NCBI GenBank assembly: GCA_016187335.1
Contig: JACPJW010000001.1
Location: 288,001-352,000, forward strand
Length of the DNA: 64,000 nucleotides
Source of the DNA: Candidatus Aenigmatarchaeota archaeon
GTDB taxonomy: Archaea > Aenigmatarchaeota > Aenigmatarchaeia > GW2011-AR5
Reading direction: 5' to 3'
The position numbers and the translations under genes are program-made. This document shows positions 9,012 through 17,622 of the stretch, one piece after another. Within the stretch, counting starts at the first letter, position 1; each line of letters begins with the position of its first letter. The notes under the pieces were generated by a model, which worked only from the letters and a program-made list of their open reading frames with translations, had not been told where the DNA came from and did not search any database.

Positions 9012-10256
9012 ATGAAAATCAAACTTCTTGGCAGCGGCGACGAAGTCGGAAAAAGCTGCCTTATTGTTTCCGACAAAAGCAAAGGCGTAGTGCTTGACTG
9101 CGGCGTGAAGCTGCAGCCGGAGCCGCCGACGTACCCGCGCGTCGCCGGCGAAGACATTAATGCCTTGATTTTAAGCCACGCGCACCTTGACCATAGCGGC
9201 GCGGTGCCCACGCTTTACCGGAAAAATAAGATCCCTGCTTTCATGAACGACGTGACTTTCGAGCTGGCCCTGCTGCTGATAAAGGACAGCATGAAAGTAG
9301 GGCAAAAACAAGGGTACGGAGTCCCTTATTCAAAGAACGACTTGAAGCGGTTTGTGAAAAGCGCGAAAATTGTCAATTACCACGAAAAATTCTCGGCCGG
9401 AAACTTCCGCTGCTCCCTGTATCCGTCAGGGCATATCCCTGGTTCTTCTTCTGTGATGCTTCAGGGAAGCAAGAAAGTATTTTACACGTCGGATATCCAG
9501 ACGCTGGAAAGCCATCTTCTCAACCCGTGCAAGCTCCCTGACAAGGTCGATACTCTCGTTATAGAAAGCACTTACAGCTACAAGAGCCATCCTCCGCGCG
9601 AAATCGAGGAGAAAAAACTCGTCGCTGCCGTTGAGGAGGCTTTGGCCCGGGAAGAAGCCGCCCTGATACCTGTTTTTGCCGTCGGCAGGGCGCAGGAGAT
9701 ATTGCTCATTCTTTCTGATTACGCAGGCAAAATATCCTTGGACGGCATGGCGAAAGGCGCTTCAGAAATCATAATGTCTTATCCGCGGTACCTCAAAGAG
9801 CCTGAAAAATTGCGCAAGGTTTTGAAAAAGGTTAATTTCGTTCGCAGCCAGAAAGACAGGGAAGATGCGCTGAAAAGAAATCCGATAATTATCTCGTCTG
9901 CCGGGATGCTCGGCGGCGGCCCTGCAATCAGTTATTTGAGGAGCATCAGGAAAAGGCCGGAATCCAAGGTGCTTTTCTGCGGCTTCCTTGTGGAGGAATC
10001 GCCAGGAAGGAATTTAATAGAAACAAAGATATTCAAGACAGCCGAGGAGCAGTTTGACGTTCACTGCGATGTGCAGAGGTTCGAGATGAGCGCCCATGCC
10101 GACAGAAGCGGGCTGTTCAAAATCATTGAGAAAACAAGGCCGGAAACGGTTGTCTGCGTGCACGGCGAGCACTGCAGGGATTTTGCCAAGGAAATTTCTT
10201 CCAGATTTTCAATAAACGCCTTTGCTCCGAAAGACGGGGAAGAAATAAGGGTGTAA
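9012..10256 (+). CDS. MBL-fold beta-CASP ribonuclease (aCPSF-like)
   Basis: EVGKSC, LSHAHLDHSG, SGHIPGS, ESTYS, PVFAVGRAQE, MSAHAD, VHGE. Confidence 0.92.
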   Translation: MKIKLLGSGDEVGKSCLIVSDKSKGVVLDCGVKLQPEPPTYPRVAGEDINALILSHAHLDHSGAVPTLYRKNKIPAFMNDVTFELALLLIKDSMKVGQKQGYGVPYSKNDLKRFVKSAKIVNYHEKFSAGNFRCSLYPSGHIPGSSSVMLQGSKKVFYTSDIQTLESHLLNPCKLPDKVDTLVIESTYSYKSHPPREIEEKKLVAAVEEALAREEAALIPVFAVGRAQEILLILSDYAGKISLDGMAKGASEIIMSYPRYLKEPEKLRKVLKKVNFVRSQKDREDALKRNPIIISSAGMLGGGPAISYLRSIRKRPESKVLFCGFLVEESPGRNLIETKIFKTAEEQFDVHCDVQRFEMSAHADRSGLFKIIEKTRPETVVCVHGEHCRDFAKEISSRFSINAFAPKDGEEIRV

Positions 10257-10306
10257 ATTCCGTTTCCTTGTTCTTCTTTTAAAGATAATCAAAACTAGCA
10301 TTTATT

Positions 10307-11335
10307 ATGATAGAAATCCCAGGCGATTACGGCGAGGGCGGCGGCCAGATAATCAGAACAGCAATAGCGTTATCCGCTGTAACAGGAAAGCCGTGCAGAA
10401 TCAGCAGCATAAGAGCGAAGCGGGCGAAGCCGGGTCTGCAGACGCAGCATCTTGAAGGTGTAAAAGCACTGGCAAAATTATGCGGTGCGGATGTCAAAGG
10501 CGCGCATCTCGGTTCTACTGAACTGGCTTTCAGCCCGCAGAAAATAAAGGGCGGCAACATTTCCATAAGCATTCCTACAGCCGGAAGCACCGGGCTTGTT
10601 CTGCAGGGTTTGATGATAGCCGCAATCCATGCTGACAAAGCCGTTAATATTTCAATCAGCGGGGGCGCGACAAACGGCAAGTGGGCAATGCCGCTGAACT
10701 ACGCAAAGCAAGTCCTGCTGCCGCTGCTTGGAAAAATGGGCTATAAAGCTGAGATTGATGTGGAGCGCTACGGATATTATCCGAAAGGCGGTGCGGTTGT
10801 CTCTGTAGTTATTGAACCGTGTAAGCTTTCGCCGCTGGTGTTGCTGGAAAGGGGGGAAATTGTTTCTGTTAATGGCGTATCCCACGCCTCCAAAGAACTG
10901 ACGAAAAACAACGTGGCGGAACGCCAGCAGAAAGCTGCGCGTGATGTGATTTTCAAGGAACTGAAAATTACAGCCGACGTCAGGTCGCGGTATAATGACA
11001 CGGCATGCCCAGGCTCTGCCATCGATCTGTGGGCAAAATGTGAAAACTCTGTTTTGGGCTCCGATGGATTAGGCGAGCGCGGAAAGCGCGCCGAGGATGT
11101 TGGCAAGGAAGCTGCTGAAAAATTGGTGCAGCAGCTGCGGAGCGGCGCTGCTGTGGATGAGCATGCCGAGGACCAGCTGATACCTTACATGGCTCTGGCG
11201 GCAGAAAGCGGCACAAGCAGCATCAAGGTGCCTGTGCTGACTGAACACACGCAGACAAACATCTGGGTCGTCGAGAAATTTCTGGACGTGAAGTTTGAAA
11301 TGGAAGGAAGCGTGCTTCATTGCAAGAAATTGTAA
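10307..11335 (+). CDS. rtcA: RNA 3'-terminal phosphate cyclase
   Basis: GEGGGQIIRTAIALS, PGLQTQH, GYYPKGG, VDEHAEDQL (catalytic His), TEHTQTN. Confidence 0.93.
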   Translation: MIEIPGDYGEGGGQIIRTAIALSAVTGKPCRISSIRAKRAKPGLQTQHLEGVKALAKLCGADVKGAHLGSTELAFSPQKIKGGNISISIPTAGSTGLVLQGLMIAAIHADKAVNISISGGATNGKWAMPLNYAKQVLLPLLGKMGYKAEIDVERYGYYPKGGAVVSVVIEPCKLSPLVLLERGEIVSVNGVSHASKELTKNNVAERQQKAARDVIFKELKITADVRSRYNDTACPGSAIDLWAKCENSVLGSDGLGERGKRAEDVGKEAAEKLVQQLRSGAAVDEHAEDQLIPYMALAAESGTSSIKVPVLTEHTQTNIWVVEKFLDVKFEMEGSVLHCKKL

Positions 11336-11399
11336 AGATGAAGCCATGCGCCAGATTACTTTTTGAATTTCTAATAATATTTTCTTTTCCGTAGAGGCT

Positions 11400-11416
11400 T
11401 TTCTTTTCAAAAGAAA
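11400..11416. terminator. Palindrome with T-rich flanks between convergent rtcA and hsp20-like genes
   Basis: TTTCTTTT-C-AAAAGAAA, 8-bp arms. Confidence 0.3.
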
Positions 11417-11422
11417 GGGCTC

Positions 11423-11638
11423 TTAGAACATGAACCTCTTCTGCTTCTTCTTGGACATTTTTATGGTAAGCATATTCTTGTCAAGAAACGCGTCAAGCTT
11501 TTTGTGGTCTATTGTTTCCGGCAGCGTTATGCGCATTATTACCTCGTCGTTGTTCTCTTCCACGTCCACGGGCAGGTCAATAAAATGCCTGAAGTCCTTT
11601 TCCCAGTAGAATATATACTCGTTTTTTTTCCTTGGCAT
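11423..11638 (-). CDS. Hsp20/alpha-crystallin-like mini protein (71 aa, half domain)
   Basis: PVDVEENNDEVIMRITLP followed directly by IDHKKLDAFLDKNMLTIKM; CAGGTG RBS upstream. Confidence 0.7.
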   Translation of the reverse strand: MPRKKNEYIFYWEKDFRHFIDLPVDVEENNDEVIMRITLPETIDHKKLDAFLDKNMLTIKMSKKKQKRFMF

Positions 11639-11657
11639 CCAGACACCTGATTTCTCT

Positions 11658-11694
11658 GTTCAAAGTGTATCATATTTGAACTTATACTTAAAAT
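11658..11694 (-). promoter_or_regulatory. TATA box followed by an inverted-repeat operator for the hsp20-like gene
   Basis: Minus strand reads TTTTAAGTATAA, then GTTCAAA-N10-TTTGAAC (11658-11681) over the expected transcription start. Confidence 0.5.
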
Positions 11695-11766
11695 AATTTT
11701 TGCTTTCCTCCTTCTTGGTAAACTTTATATTTCAGACTGTTTGGAATCATGTTTCACTTTGCTGCT

Positions 11767-12579
11767 CTATACGGCTGCGGTGGAATATAATTCCATTTCC
11801 CTTCCTATTAAGTCATGGGCATTTATCGCGTGATAATGTCCGTTCTCCACGATAATAAGGTTGCCCTTTGCCGCTACGACCGTGCCGGATATTTCTTTTC
11901 CGCTGCCGACTGCGAATTTCTTCGGGTGGCTGGGAACCCTGTCAAGGCGGTAATGTTTCCTGAAGTCGTGTATTTCGGGGTATATCATGTGCTGCGCAAA
12001 ATCAGTTTTTTTAAGCCTGCTTATGGCGTTGAACAAGGCAACAGCCGCGTTGTTGGGGTTGCCGAAAATCAGTTCGTGCTTTTTGTCGCCCCATACCCTG
12101 TCGACGACGCCGATGGATTTCATTATTTCGTGTTCCAGTTTTCTTGCAATGAAACCGTCCTTGACAACGCCCACCTTGGCGGCCATGTCCGCTCCCTGCT
12201 CCACCAGCCTTTCAAGAACGCGGAACTCCATGCTTATGCCTACCTTGACCAGGGAATCAAAAGCGGCAAGGTACACAAAATACCTCTCTTCCTTGCAGTC
12301 CTCCCTTCTTTTCAGGTTGATGCACTGCGACCCGTCGCACTGGACGCAGAGAAAGAAGTCGTCGCGCAGCCTGCATTCGTTGCAGTAATATCCCTTTTCG
12401 ATTACGGCGCTGTTGGGGCACTTCACGTGCTTTCCCTTGGCAAAATGGCCTATGCATTTCTTCTCGCCTATCTTCAAAGAAATTCTAGAATCAAATAACC
12501 GCAGCCTTTCAAACCCGTTGCCGTTGTTGAATACCAGGAACGGCTCCCAGTTCTCCCATTTGTATTTTACTGCCTGCAT
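11767..12579 (-). CDS. DUF2797-like Cys-rich protein
   Basis: CIG...CP...YCNEC...CVQC...C pattern and FVYLA...VKVGIS...RLVEQGA. Confidence 0.8.
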   Translation of the reverse strand: MQAVKYKWENWEPFLVFNNGNGFERLRLFDSRISLKIGEKKCIGHFAKGKHVKCPNSAVIEKGYYCNECRLRDDFFLCVQCDGSQCINLKRREDCKEERYFVYLAAFDSLVKVGISMEFRVLERLVEQGADMAAKVGVVKDGFIARKLEHEIMKSIGVVDRVWGDKKHELIFGNPNNAAVALFNAISRLKKTDFAQHMIYPEIHDFRKHYRLDRVPSHPKKFAVGSGKEISGTVVAAKGNLIIVENGHYHAINAHDLIGREMELYSTAAV

Positions 12580-13153
12580 CCAATCGCCTGTACTTCTTCA
12601 GCGCCTTTTCGAGGTTGCTGTCAATCCATAAGTTTCTCTTTAGCGCTTCAAATAAGCTTTTCGCTTTTGCTTCGTATGCTTTATTCCTTGTCAGCTGGTG
12701 CAGCATCTCGGCTGCCGTGCTGTCCACGGCGTAAAAGGCAACCCACGGCGCGCTCAGGCTTAGGTAATCAGCGAAGCTTTCAGGCTTCCTGCCGGCTGTT
12801 TTTGCGTACATGTAGTACAGGTAATCGTCCTTCAGCAGCTTTGCCGTTTCCCTGAATGCCATGACATCCTCGATGAGCTGCGGCAGCCCCATCGGCCTTA
12901 TGAATATCCTGTTCAGGCTTTCGGTGAACATGGAGCGCAGCGCCTTCCTGTCATGCTCCGCGAGGAATGCGTTCATCCTGCTTACTGATAATGTCGCCCT
13001 GCTTTCCTCAATTATCAGCGCGTCTATTTCTGCTATCCTGAATTCTATTGTGTCAAGAGGGATCTTGTTCGGGAATTTCTTTATGCTTTCATCAAATAAA
13101 GAAGAAGCGAATGCCTCGTTTTTATTCCGCCTGACTTTTTTCACGATTCGCAT
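12509..13153 (-). CDS. Hypothetical protein (214 aa)
   Basis: Long open frame in operon orientation; its 3' end overlaps the DUF2797 gene by 71 nt. Confidence 0.65.
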   Translation of the reverse strand: MRIVKKVRRNKNEAFASSLFDESIKKFPNKIPLDTIEFRIAEIDALIIEESRATLSVSRMNAFLAEHDRKALRSMFTESLNRIFIRPMGLPQLIEDVMAFRETAKLLKDDYLYYMYAKTAGRKPESFADYLSLSAPWVAFYAVDSTAAEMLHQLTRNKAYEAKAKSLFEALKRNLWIDSNLEKALKKYRRLDAGSKIQMGELGAVPGIQQRQRV

Positions 13154-13169
13154 AATTTATTATTGCCGG

Positions 13170-14015
13170 TTACTTAATATCTTTCCACTGCTTGATTGCC
13201 CGCTCGTAGCCGTCCGTCGTGCTCACGTCTATGCTGGTCCCGTCGTGGACAAAGCCGCACAGGTGGCCTTCTTTTGCCAGCCTGTCGAAAAGGTCTTCTA
13301 TCATGAATTTTCCTTTCTGGACGTATTTGATTATGTCCGGCTCGAAAATATGGAATCCCGTGCTTATCAGGTTCGAAGGCGCCTCGCTTTTTCTCGGCTT
13401 CTCGACGAATTCAAGTATCTGGTTGCCCCTCATTTTCACGACGCCGAAGGAGCTTATGTCGTCGCTCGTTCTGAGGAGCAGCGTTGCGGCGCTTCCCTGC
13501 TTTTTGTGAAAATCAAGCACTGACTGTATGTCCGGGTCCATAAGCGTGTCCACGTTAAGCATGCCGAACGTGTCGGTTATGTGCTCCTCTGCGAGCTTCA
13601 GGGCGCCTGCCGTCCCCAGGGGCTTCTGCTCCACTATGTAATTTATGTTCACGCCGAATTTTGACCCGTCGCCGAAATAGTCCACGATTTTTTCGTACAT
13701 GTAGCCTACGGCAATTATGAGGTTCCTCACTCCGTTTTTCTTCAGCATGCTTATCTGGTGCTCTAGAATGGGTTTTCCATGTATCGGTATGAGCGGCTTC
13801 GGAATTTCATAGGTGATCGGCCTCAGCTTTACACCTTCGCCGCCTGCCATTATAAGCACGGTATCCAGCTGCGGTATGTCCATGGATTTCAGGACCAGCT
13901 GCTCGATTGCGTGCGACCTGTTTCTTACGTCCTTGCCGTTGACGAGCCTGTCGACTTTCCTCAGAACAGAAGAATCAAGGGTTATCGTTATTCTTTCCTT
14001 TTTATCCCTTTTCAT
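13170..14015 (-). CDS. Ribbon-helix-helix (CopG/NikR-like) domain fused to a sugar-phosphate nucleotidyltransferase domain
   Basis: N-terminal RITITLD...VDRLV...NRSHAIEQLV, then IMAGGEGVKLRPITYEIPKPL, PLGTAGAL, FVEKP. Confidence 0.88.
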   Translation of the reverse strand: MKRDKKERITITLDSSVLRKVDRLVNGKDVRNRSHAIEQLVLKSMDIPQLDTVLIMAGGEGVKLRPITYEIPKPLIPIHGKPILEHQISMLKKNGVRNLIIAVGYMYEKIVDYFGDGSKFGVNINYIVEQKPLGTAGALKLAEEHITDTFGMLNVDTLMDPDIQSVLDFHKKQGSAATLLLRTSDDISSFGVVKMRGNQILEFVEKPRKSEAPSNLISTGFHIFEPDIIKYVQKGKFMIEDLFDRLAKEGHLCGFVHDGTSIDVSTTDGYERAIKQWKDIK

Positions 14016-14072
14016 AGTATGAAAAAGTATGAAAAGTATTTAAGGATAGGTAAATTATGTGAAAAAGTATGA
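14016..14072. repeat. Direct-repeat array (GAAAAAGTAT-like) around the shared promoter of the RHH gene and heptose operon
   Basis: AGTAT at 14016, 14026, 14035 and 14066; GAAAAAGTAT at 14021 and 14061; GAAAAGTAT at 14031; TATA-like TATTTAAG at 14037-14044. Confidence 0.6.
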
Positions 14073-14102
14073 TAATTTCCTTGCTGTGTCGGAGACGATA
14101 AA

Positions 14103-15677
14103 ATGATTTCAAAAGCCAAGGCGCCTGTGCGCATATCCTTCGGTACCTGCGGCGATACCGATTACTATATAGACCTCATAAAATGGGGCAATGGCATCAA
14201 CGCAACCGTAGACCTGTATTCTTACTGCGAGGTTCATAAAAGGGACGACAAAAAAATTGTCTTGCGGTCGCTGGAAACAGGGCAGGTCATTGCCTTTGAT
14301 TCCGTGGAAGATATAGAGCCGGGCGGCAGGGAACTGAACCTGATGAAGGCTGTTGTGAAGCATTACAAAAACGGCGGGGTTGAAGTGATAACCCACACCG
14401 ATGCCCCTCTGGAAAGCGGGCTTGGAGGGAGTGCTGCGCACGCCGTTGCGATGATAAGGGCATTTGACCAGCTCAACGGCATAAAAAGAACCCCCGAAGA
14501 AGTTGCAAAGCTTGCGTACGATATTGAAAGGAATGTCGTCGGGATTGAAGGCGGGTACCAGGACCAGTGGTCATCCTCTTACGGCGGCATGAATTACATG
14601 GAATTCACTGCAGAAGGGGTAAAGATAACCCCGCTGAAGCTCAACGGATCTGAGCTGAATTTTCTTGAGAAAAATACTATCCTTGTTTTCGTTCCCAGGG
14701 AAGGCGAGGGAAAAGCGGTGCATTTTGAGCAGAGAAAGAAGGGACAGGAAAGCGTTCCTCTCCTGATGATGAAAAGAGAAAACGTGCTGAGGCTGAAAGA
14801 TGCGCTGGAAAGGAGGAAATTCGGCGAGATCGGAAGCATTCTGCATTTTGACTGGAAAATAAAAAAACAGCTTGCGCCGGGCATATCAAACAAGCGCATA
14901 GACGAGATTTATGATGCCGCTATAGGTGCCGGCGCGCTGGGCGGCAGGTTCATAGGAGCGGGTGCCGGAGGCTCTGCTATTTTCTTTTGCCCGGATAAAA
15001 GGGAGGAAGTCTTAAGGGCTCTGGAGAAGGCCGGCACGAAAGAAATCAGGTACGGCTTCGAGAGGCATCACGCCCAGAAGGATTATAAAGAGCCGATAAA
15101 TGAAAGGATTGCGGAACATGCCTCGCTGATGGAAAAGATCCTGCAGGACGGGGAAATAACGGAAAAGGCGCACCAGATAACAAACAAGATAGTAGAATGC
15201 TACAAGAACGACGGCAAGGTCGTCGTCTTCGGGAACGGCGGCTCCGCGGCCGACGCGCAGCATATTGTTGCGGAGCTCGTGAACAAGTTCAAGATTGACA
15301 GGCCGATGCTGAATGCGATCGCGCTTACTGTGAACACGTCAATACTCACGTCAATAGCCAACGATTCCACGTACGACGAGGTGTTTTCCCGCCAGATAGA
15401 GTTCCTCGTTGATTCCCGGGATGTTGTCATAGGGATAAGCACAAGCGGAAAGGCGGTAAACGTCATGAAAGCGCTGAAAAAAGCGAAGGAAAGGGGAGCT
15501 GTGGTTGTTTATTTCACCGGCAAGGACGGCGGCATGATAAGCAATATGTGCGAAAAAGACGGCACCATAGACATTTCGCTGAAAGTTCCCCACACAAAAA
15601 CGGAAAGGATACAGGAAGGCCACATGATTTTCGGTCATATAATATGCGAGCTCGTTGAAAGCGAGCTTTACGGCTGA
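14103..15677 (+). CDS. hddA-gmhA: Fusion of heptose-7-phosphate kinase (HddA, GHMP) and sedoheptulose-7-phosphate isomerase (GmhA, SIS)
   Basis: PVRISFG, PLESGLGGSA, GYQDQW and GAGAGG in the N-part; GNGGSAADAQHIVAEL, GISTSG and RIQEGH in the C-part. Confidence 0.9.
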   Translation: MISKAKAPVRISFGTCGDTDYYIDLIKWGNGINATVDLYSYCEVHKRDDKKIVLRSLETGQVIAFDSVEDIEPGGRELNLMKAVVKHYKNGGVEVITHTDAPLESGLGGSAAHAVAMIRAFDQLNGIKRTPEEVAKLAYDIERNVVGIEGGYQDQWSSSYGGMNYMEFTAEGVKITPLKLNGSELNFLEKNTILVFVPREGEGKAVHFEQRKKGQESVPLLMMKRENVLRLKDALERRKFGEIGSILHFDWKIKKQLAPGISNKRIDEIYDAAIGAGALGGRFIGAGAGGSAIFFCPDKREEVLRALEKAGTKEIRYGFERHHAQKDYKEPINERIAEHASLMEKILQDGEITEKAHQITNKIVECYKNDGKVVVFGNGGSAADAQHIVAELVNKFKIDRPMLNAIALTVNTSILTSIANDSTYDEVFSRQIEFLVDSRDVVIGISTSGKAVNVMKALKKAKERGAVVVYFTGKDGGMISNMCEKDGTIDISLKVPHTKTERIQEGHMIFGHIICELVESELYG

Positions 15678-15688
15678 AGGGTGATTTC

Positions 15689-16267
15689 ATGATTGCGACT
15701 TTTCTTGACAGGGATGGCGTTATAAACAAGGAAACAACTCTGGGGCCCGATAAAAAAATAACTGTTTTCAGTAACGCCGCCGAAGCTGTAAAGATGCTCA
15801 ACAAAATAGGCAAGGTCATTGTCGTCACCAACCAGCCCTGGATAGCCAGGGGGATGCTGACCGAGGAAGAGCTTGAAGGCGTCCACAGAGAAATGGTGGA
15901 AAAATTGGCTGCCAGCGGCGCGAAAATTGACAGCGTTTATTACTGCCCGCATCACCCGGAAATCCATCATAAGGATGTTCCTGACTGGGCAAGGAAATAC
16001 CGTGTTGACTGCAGTTGCAGGAAGCCGAAAACAGGCATGCTGGAACAGGCTGCACTGGACTTCAAACTGGACCTCAAAAAATGCTTTCTTGTCGGCGACA
16101 GAACCGTTGACATACTGGCTGGAAGAAACGCCGGGTGCACGACAATTCTTGTCAGGACGGGAGAAGCCGGCATGGATGGGAAATATGAAGCCAGTCCTGA
16201 CTATGTATGCGAAGACATCTACGATGCCGCGCTGATTATATCAGGAATAATGAAGGGTGAAAAATAA
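15689..16267 (+). CDS. gmhB: D,D-heptose 1,7-bisphosphate phosphatase
   Basis: FLDRDGVIN, VVTNQ, YCPHHP, CSCRKPKTGM, VGDRTVD. Confidence 0.92.
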   Translation: MIATFLDRDGVINKETTLGPDKKITVFSNAAEAVKMLNKIGKVIVVTNQPWIARGMLTEEELEGVHREMVEKLAASGAKIDSVYYCPHHPEIHHKDVPDWARKYRVDCSCRKPKTGMLEQAALDFKLDLKKCFLVGDRTVDILAGRNAGCTTILVRTGEAGMDGKYEASPDYVCEDIYDAALIISGIMKGEK

Positions 16268-16977
16268 TGCAATGCGTTATTCTGGCAGGAGGCCGCGGCG
16301 AGCGCTTGAGGCCCTTGACGGATTCACTGCCGAAGCCGATGCTGCCTTTTGGCGGCAAGCCCCTGCTGGAATATCATTTGTCTTTGCTGAAAAGGCACGG
16401 GATAACTGACGTTGTCATATGCGGCCATTATCTTTTTGACTCGATAAAAAACCATTTCGGCAACGGCGGCGCTTTCGGCGTGAAGATAAGCTATGTTCAT
16501 GAAGAAAAGCCTCTGGGAACCGGCGGCGCGGTGAAAAATGCCGCCGGCGAAATAAAGGAAGATTTCATCCTTCTCAGCGGCGATGTTGCCACAAACCTTG
16601 ACATAACCGCCTTGGCAGGATTTCATAAGGAGAAAAACGCTCTGGCTACGCTTGTCTTGAGGAAAACCGACCATCCGGAAGACAGTGACACAGTGCAGAT
16701 TGACGGGCAGAGCAGAGTCACCAATTTCTTTTTCAAGGATGAAAAAATCAAGAAGGGAAATTTAGGCAACACGGGGCTTTTTGCTTTCAAAAAAAGCATT
16801 CTGGACCGCATACCCGAAACCCCTTGCAACATGGAGAAAGATGTGGTAGCCGGCCTTATTCATGATTTTCCTGTTTACGGCTATGTGAGCGGCGATTACA
16901 TAAAGGATATGGGAACTTTTGAAAGATATGAAAAAGTAAGGAAAGATATTGAAAGCGGTGCTTTAACATGGGAATAA
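16267..16977 (+). CDS. hddC: Heptose-1-phosphate guanylyltransferase HddC-like nucleotidyltransferase
   Basis: LAGGRGERLRPLTDSLPKPM, PLGTGGA, DMGT; lies within the hddA/gmhA/gmhB operon. Confidence 0.8.
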   Translation: MQCVILAGGRGERLRPLTDSLPKPMLPFGGKPLLEYHLSLLKRHGITDVVICGHYLFDSIKNHFGNGGAFGVKISYVHEEKPLGTGGAVKNAAGEIKEDFILLSGDVATNLDITALAGFHKEKNALATLVLRKTDHPEDSDTVQIDGQSRVTNFFFKDEKIKKGNLGNTGLFAFKKSILDRIPETPCNMEKDVVAGLIHDFPVYGYVSGDYIKDMGTFERYEKVRKDIESGALTWE

Positions 16978-17618
16978 TTGTGGTTAATTTTAAGGCTTAC
17001 AGGGAGTCCGTGGGCAGGAATGCAGTGGAACTGGCGAAGAAGATTTGTTCCAGAAGATTTGACGGCGTTCATATCTCAGCTGCCGTCCAGCCCTCGGACA
17101 TAAGCGGCGTGAGCATGATAATGCCAGTGCTTGCGCAGCATGTCGATGCCGCGGATTTCGGCGCGTTCACAGGTCATTTCATCCCGGAAGCGGCGAAAGA
17201 AAGCGGCGCCGAAGGTGTCGTGATAAACCATTCTGAAATGCCGCTGGACTTGAAGACTATAGAAAAAACCATTGCACGGTCAAAATCCTGCGGCCTGAAA
17301 ACGCTCGTGTGCGCCGCCACGCCTGAGATGGTCAGTGCTGTTTCGTTTTTTAATCCGGATATAATTTCCATAGAGCCGCCCGCGCTTATCGGGACGGGGA
17401 AGGCCTCGTCGCAGTTCATGCCCGGGATAATTTCCGGTGCCGTGAAGGGAAGCAGGGGCATACCGCTCATTTGCGGCGCGGGAATAGCAGCAGCCGATGA
17501 CGTCAGAAAAGCCGTGGAGCTTGGATGCGCAGGCATCATGCTTTCAAGCGCTGTTGTCAAGTCGGAGAAGCCTGAAGAAAAAATAAAAGAGCTGGCGGAG
17601 GGCTTGTCTGGAAAGTGA
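16968..17618 (+). CDS. tpiA: Triosephosphate isomerase (archaeal type)
   Basis: VNFKAY, QHVD, INHSE, EPPALIG, GAGI. Confidence 0.9.
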   Translation: MGIIVVNFKAYRESVGRNAVELAKKICSRRFDGVHISAAVQPSDISGVSMIMPVLAQHVDAADFGAFTGHFIPEAAKESGAEGVVINHSEMPLDLKTIEKTIARSKSCGLKTLVCAATPEMVSAVSFFNPDIISIEPPALIGTGKASSQFMPGIISGAVKGSRGIPLICGAGIAAADDVRKAVELGCAGIMLSSAVVKSEKPEEKIKELAEGLSGK

Positions 17619-17622
17619 TTTT

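Noticed and set aside
12509-12579. 71-nt same-strand overlap between the hypothetical gene and the DUF2797 gene
   Set aside because: Most simply a C-terminal extension after loss of a stop codon; no evidence of dual function.
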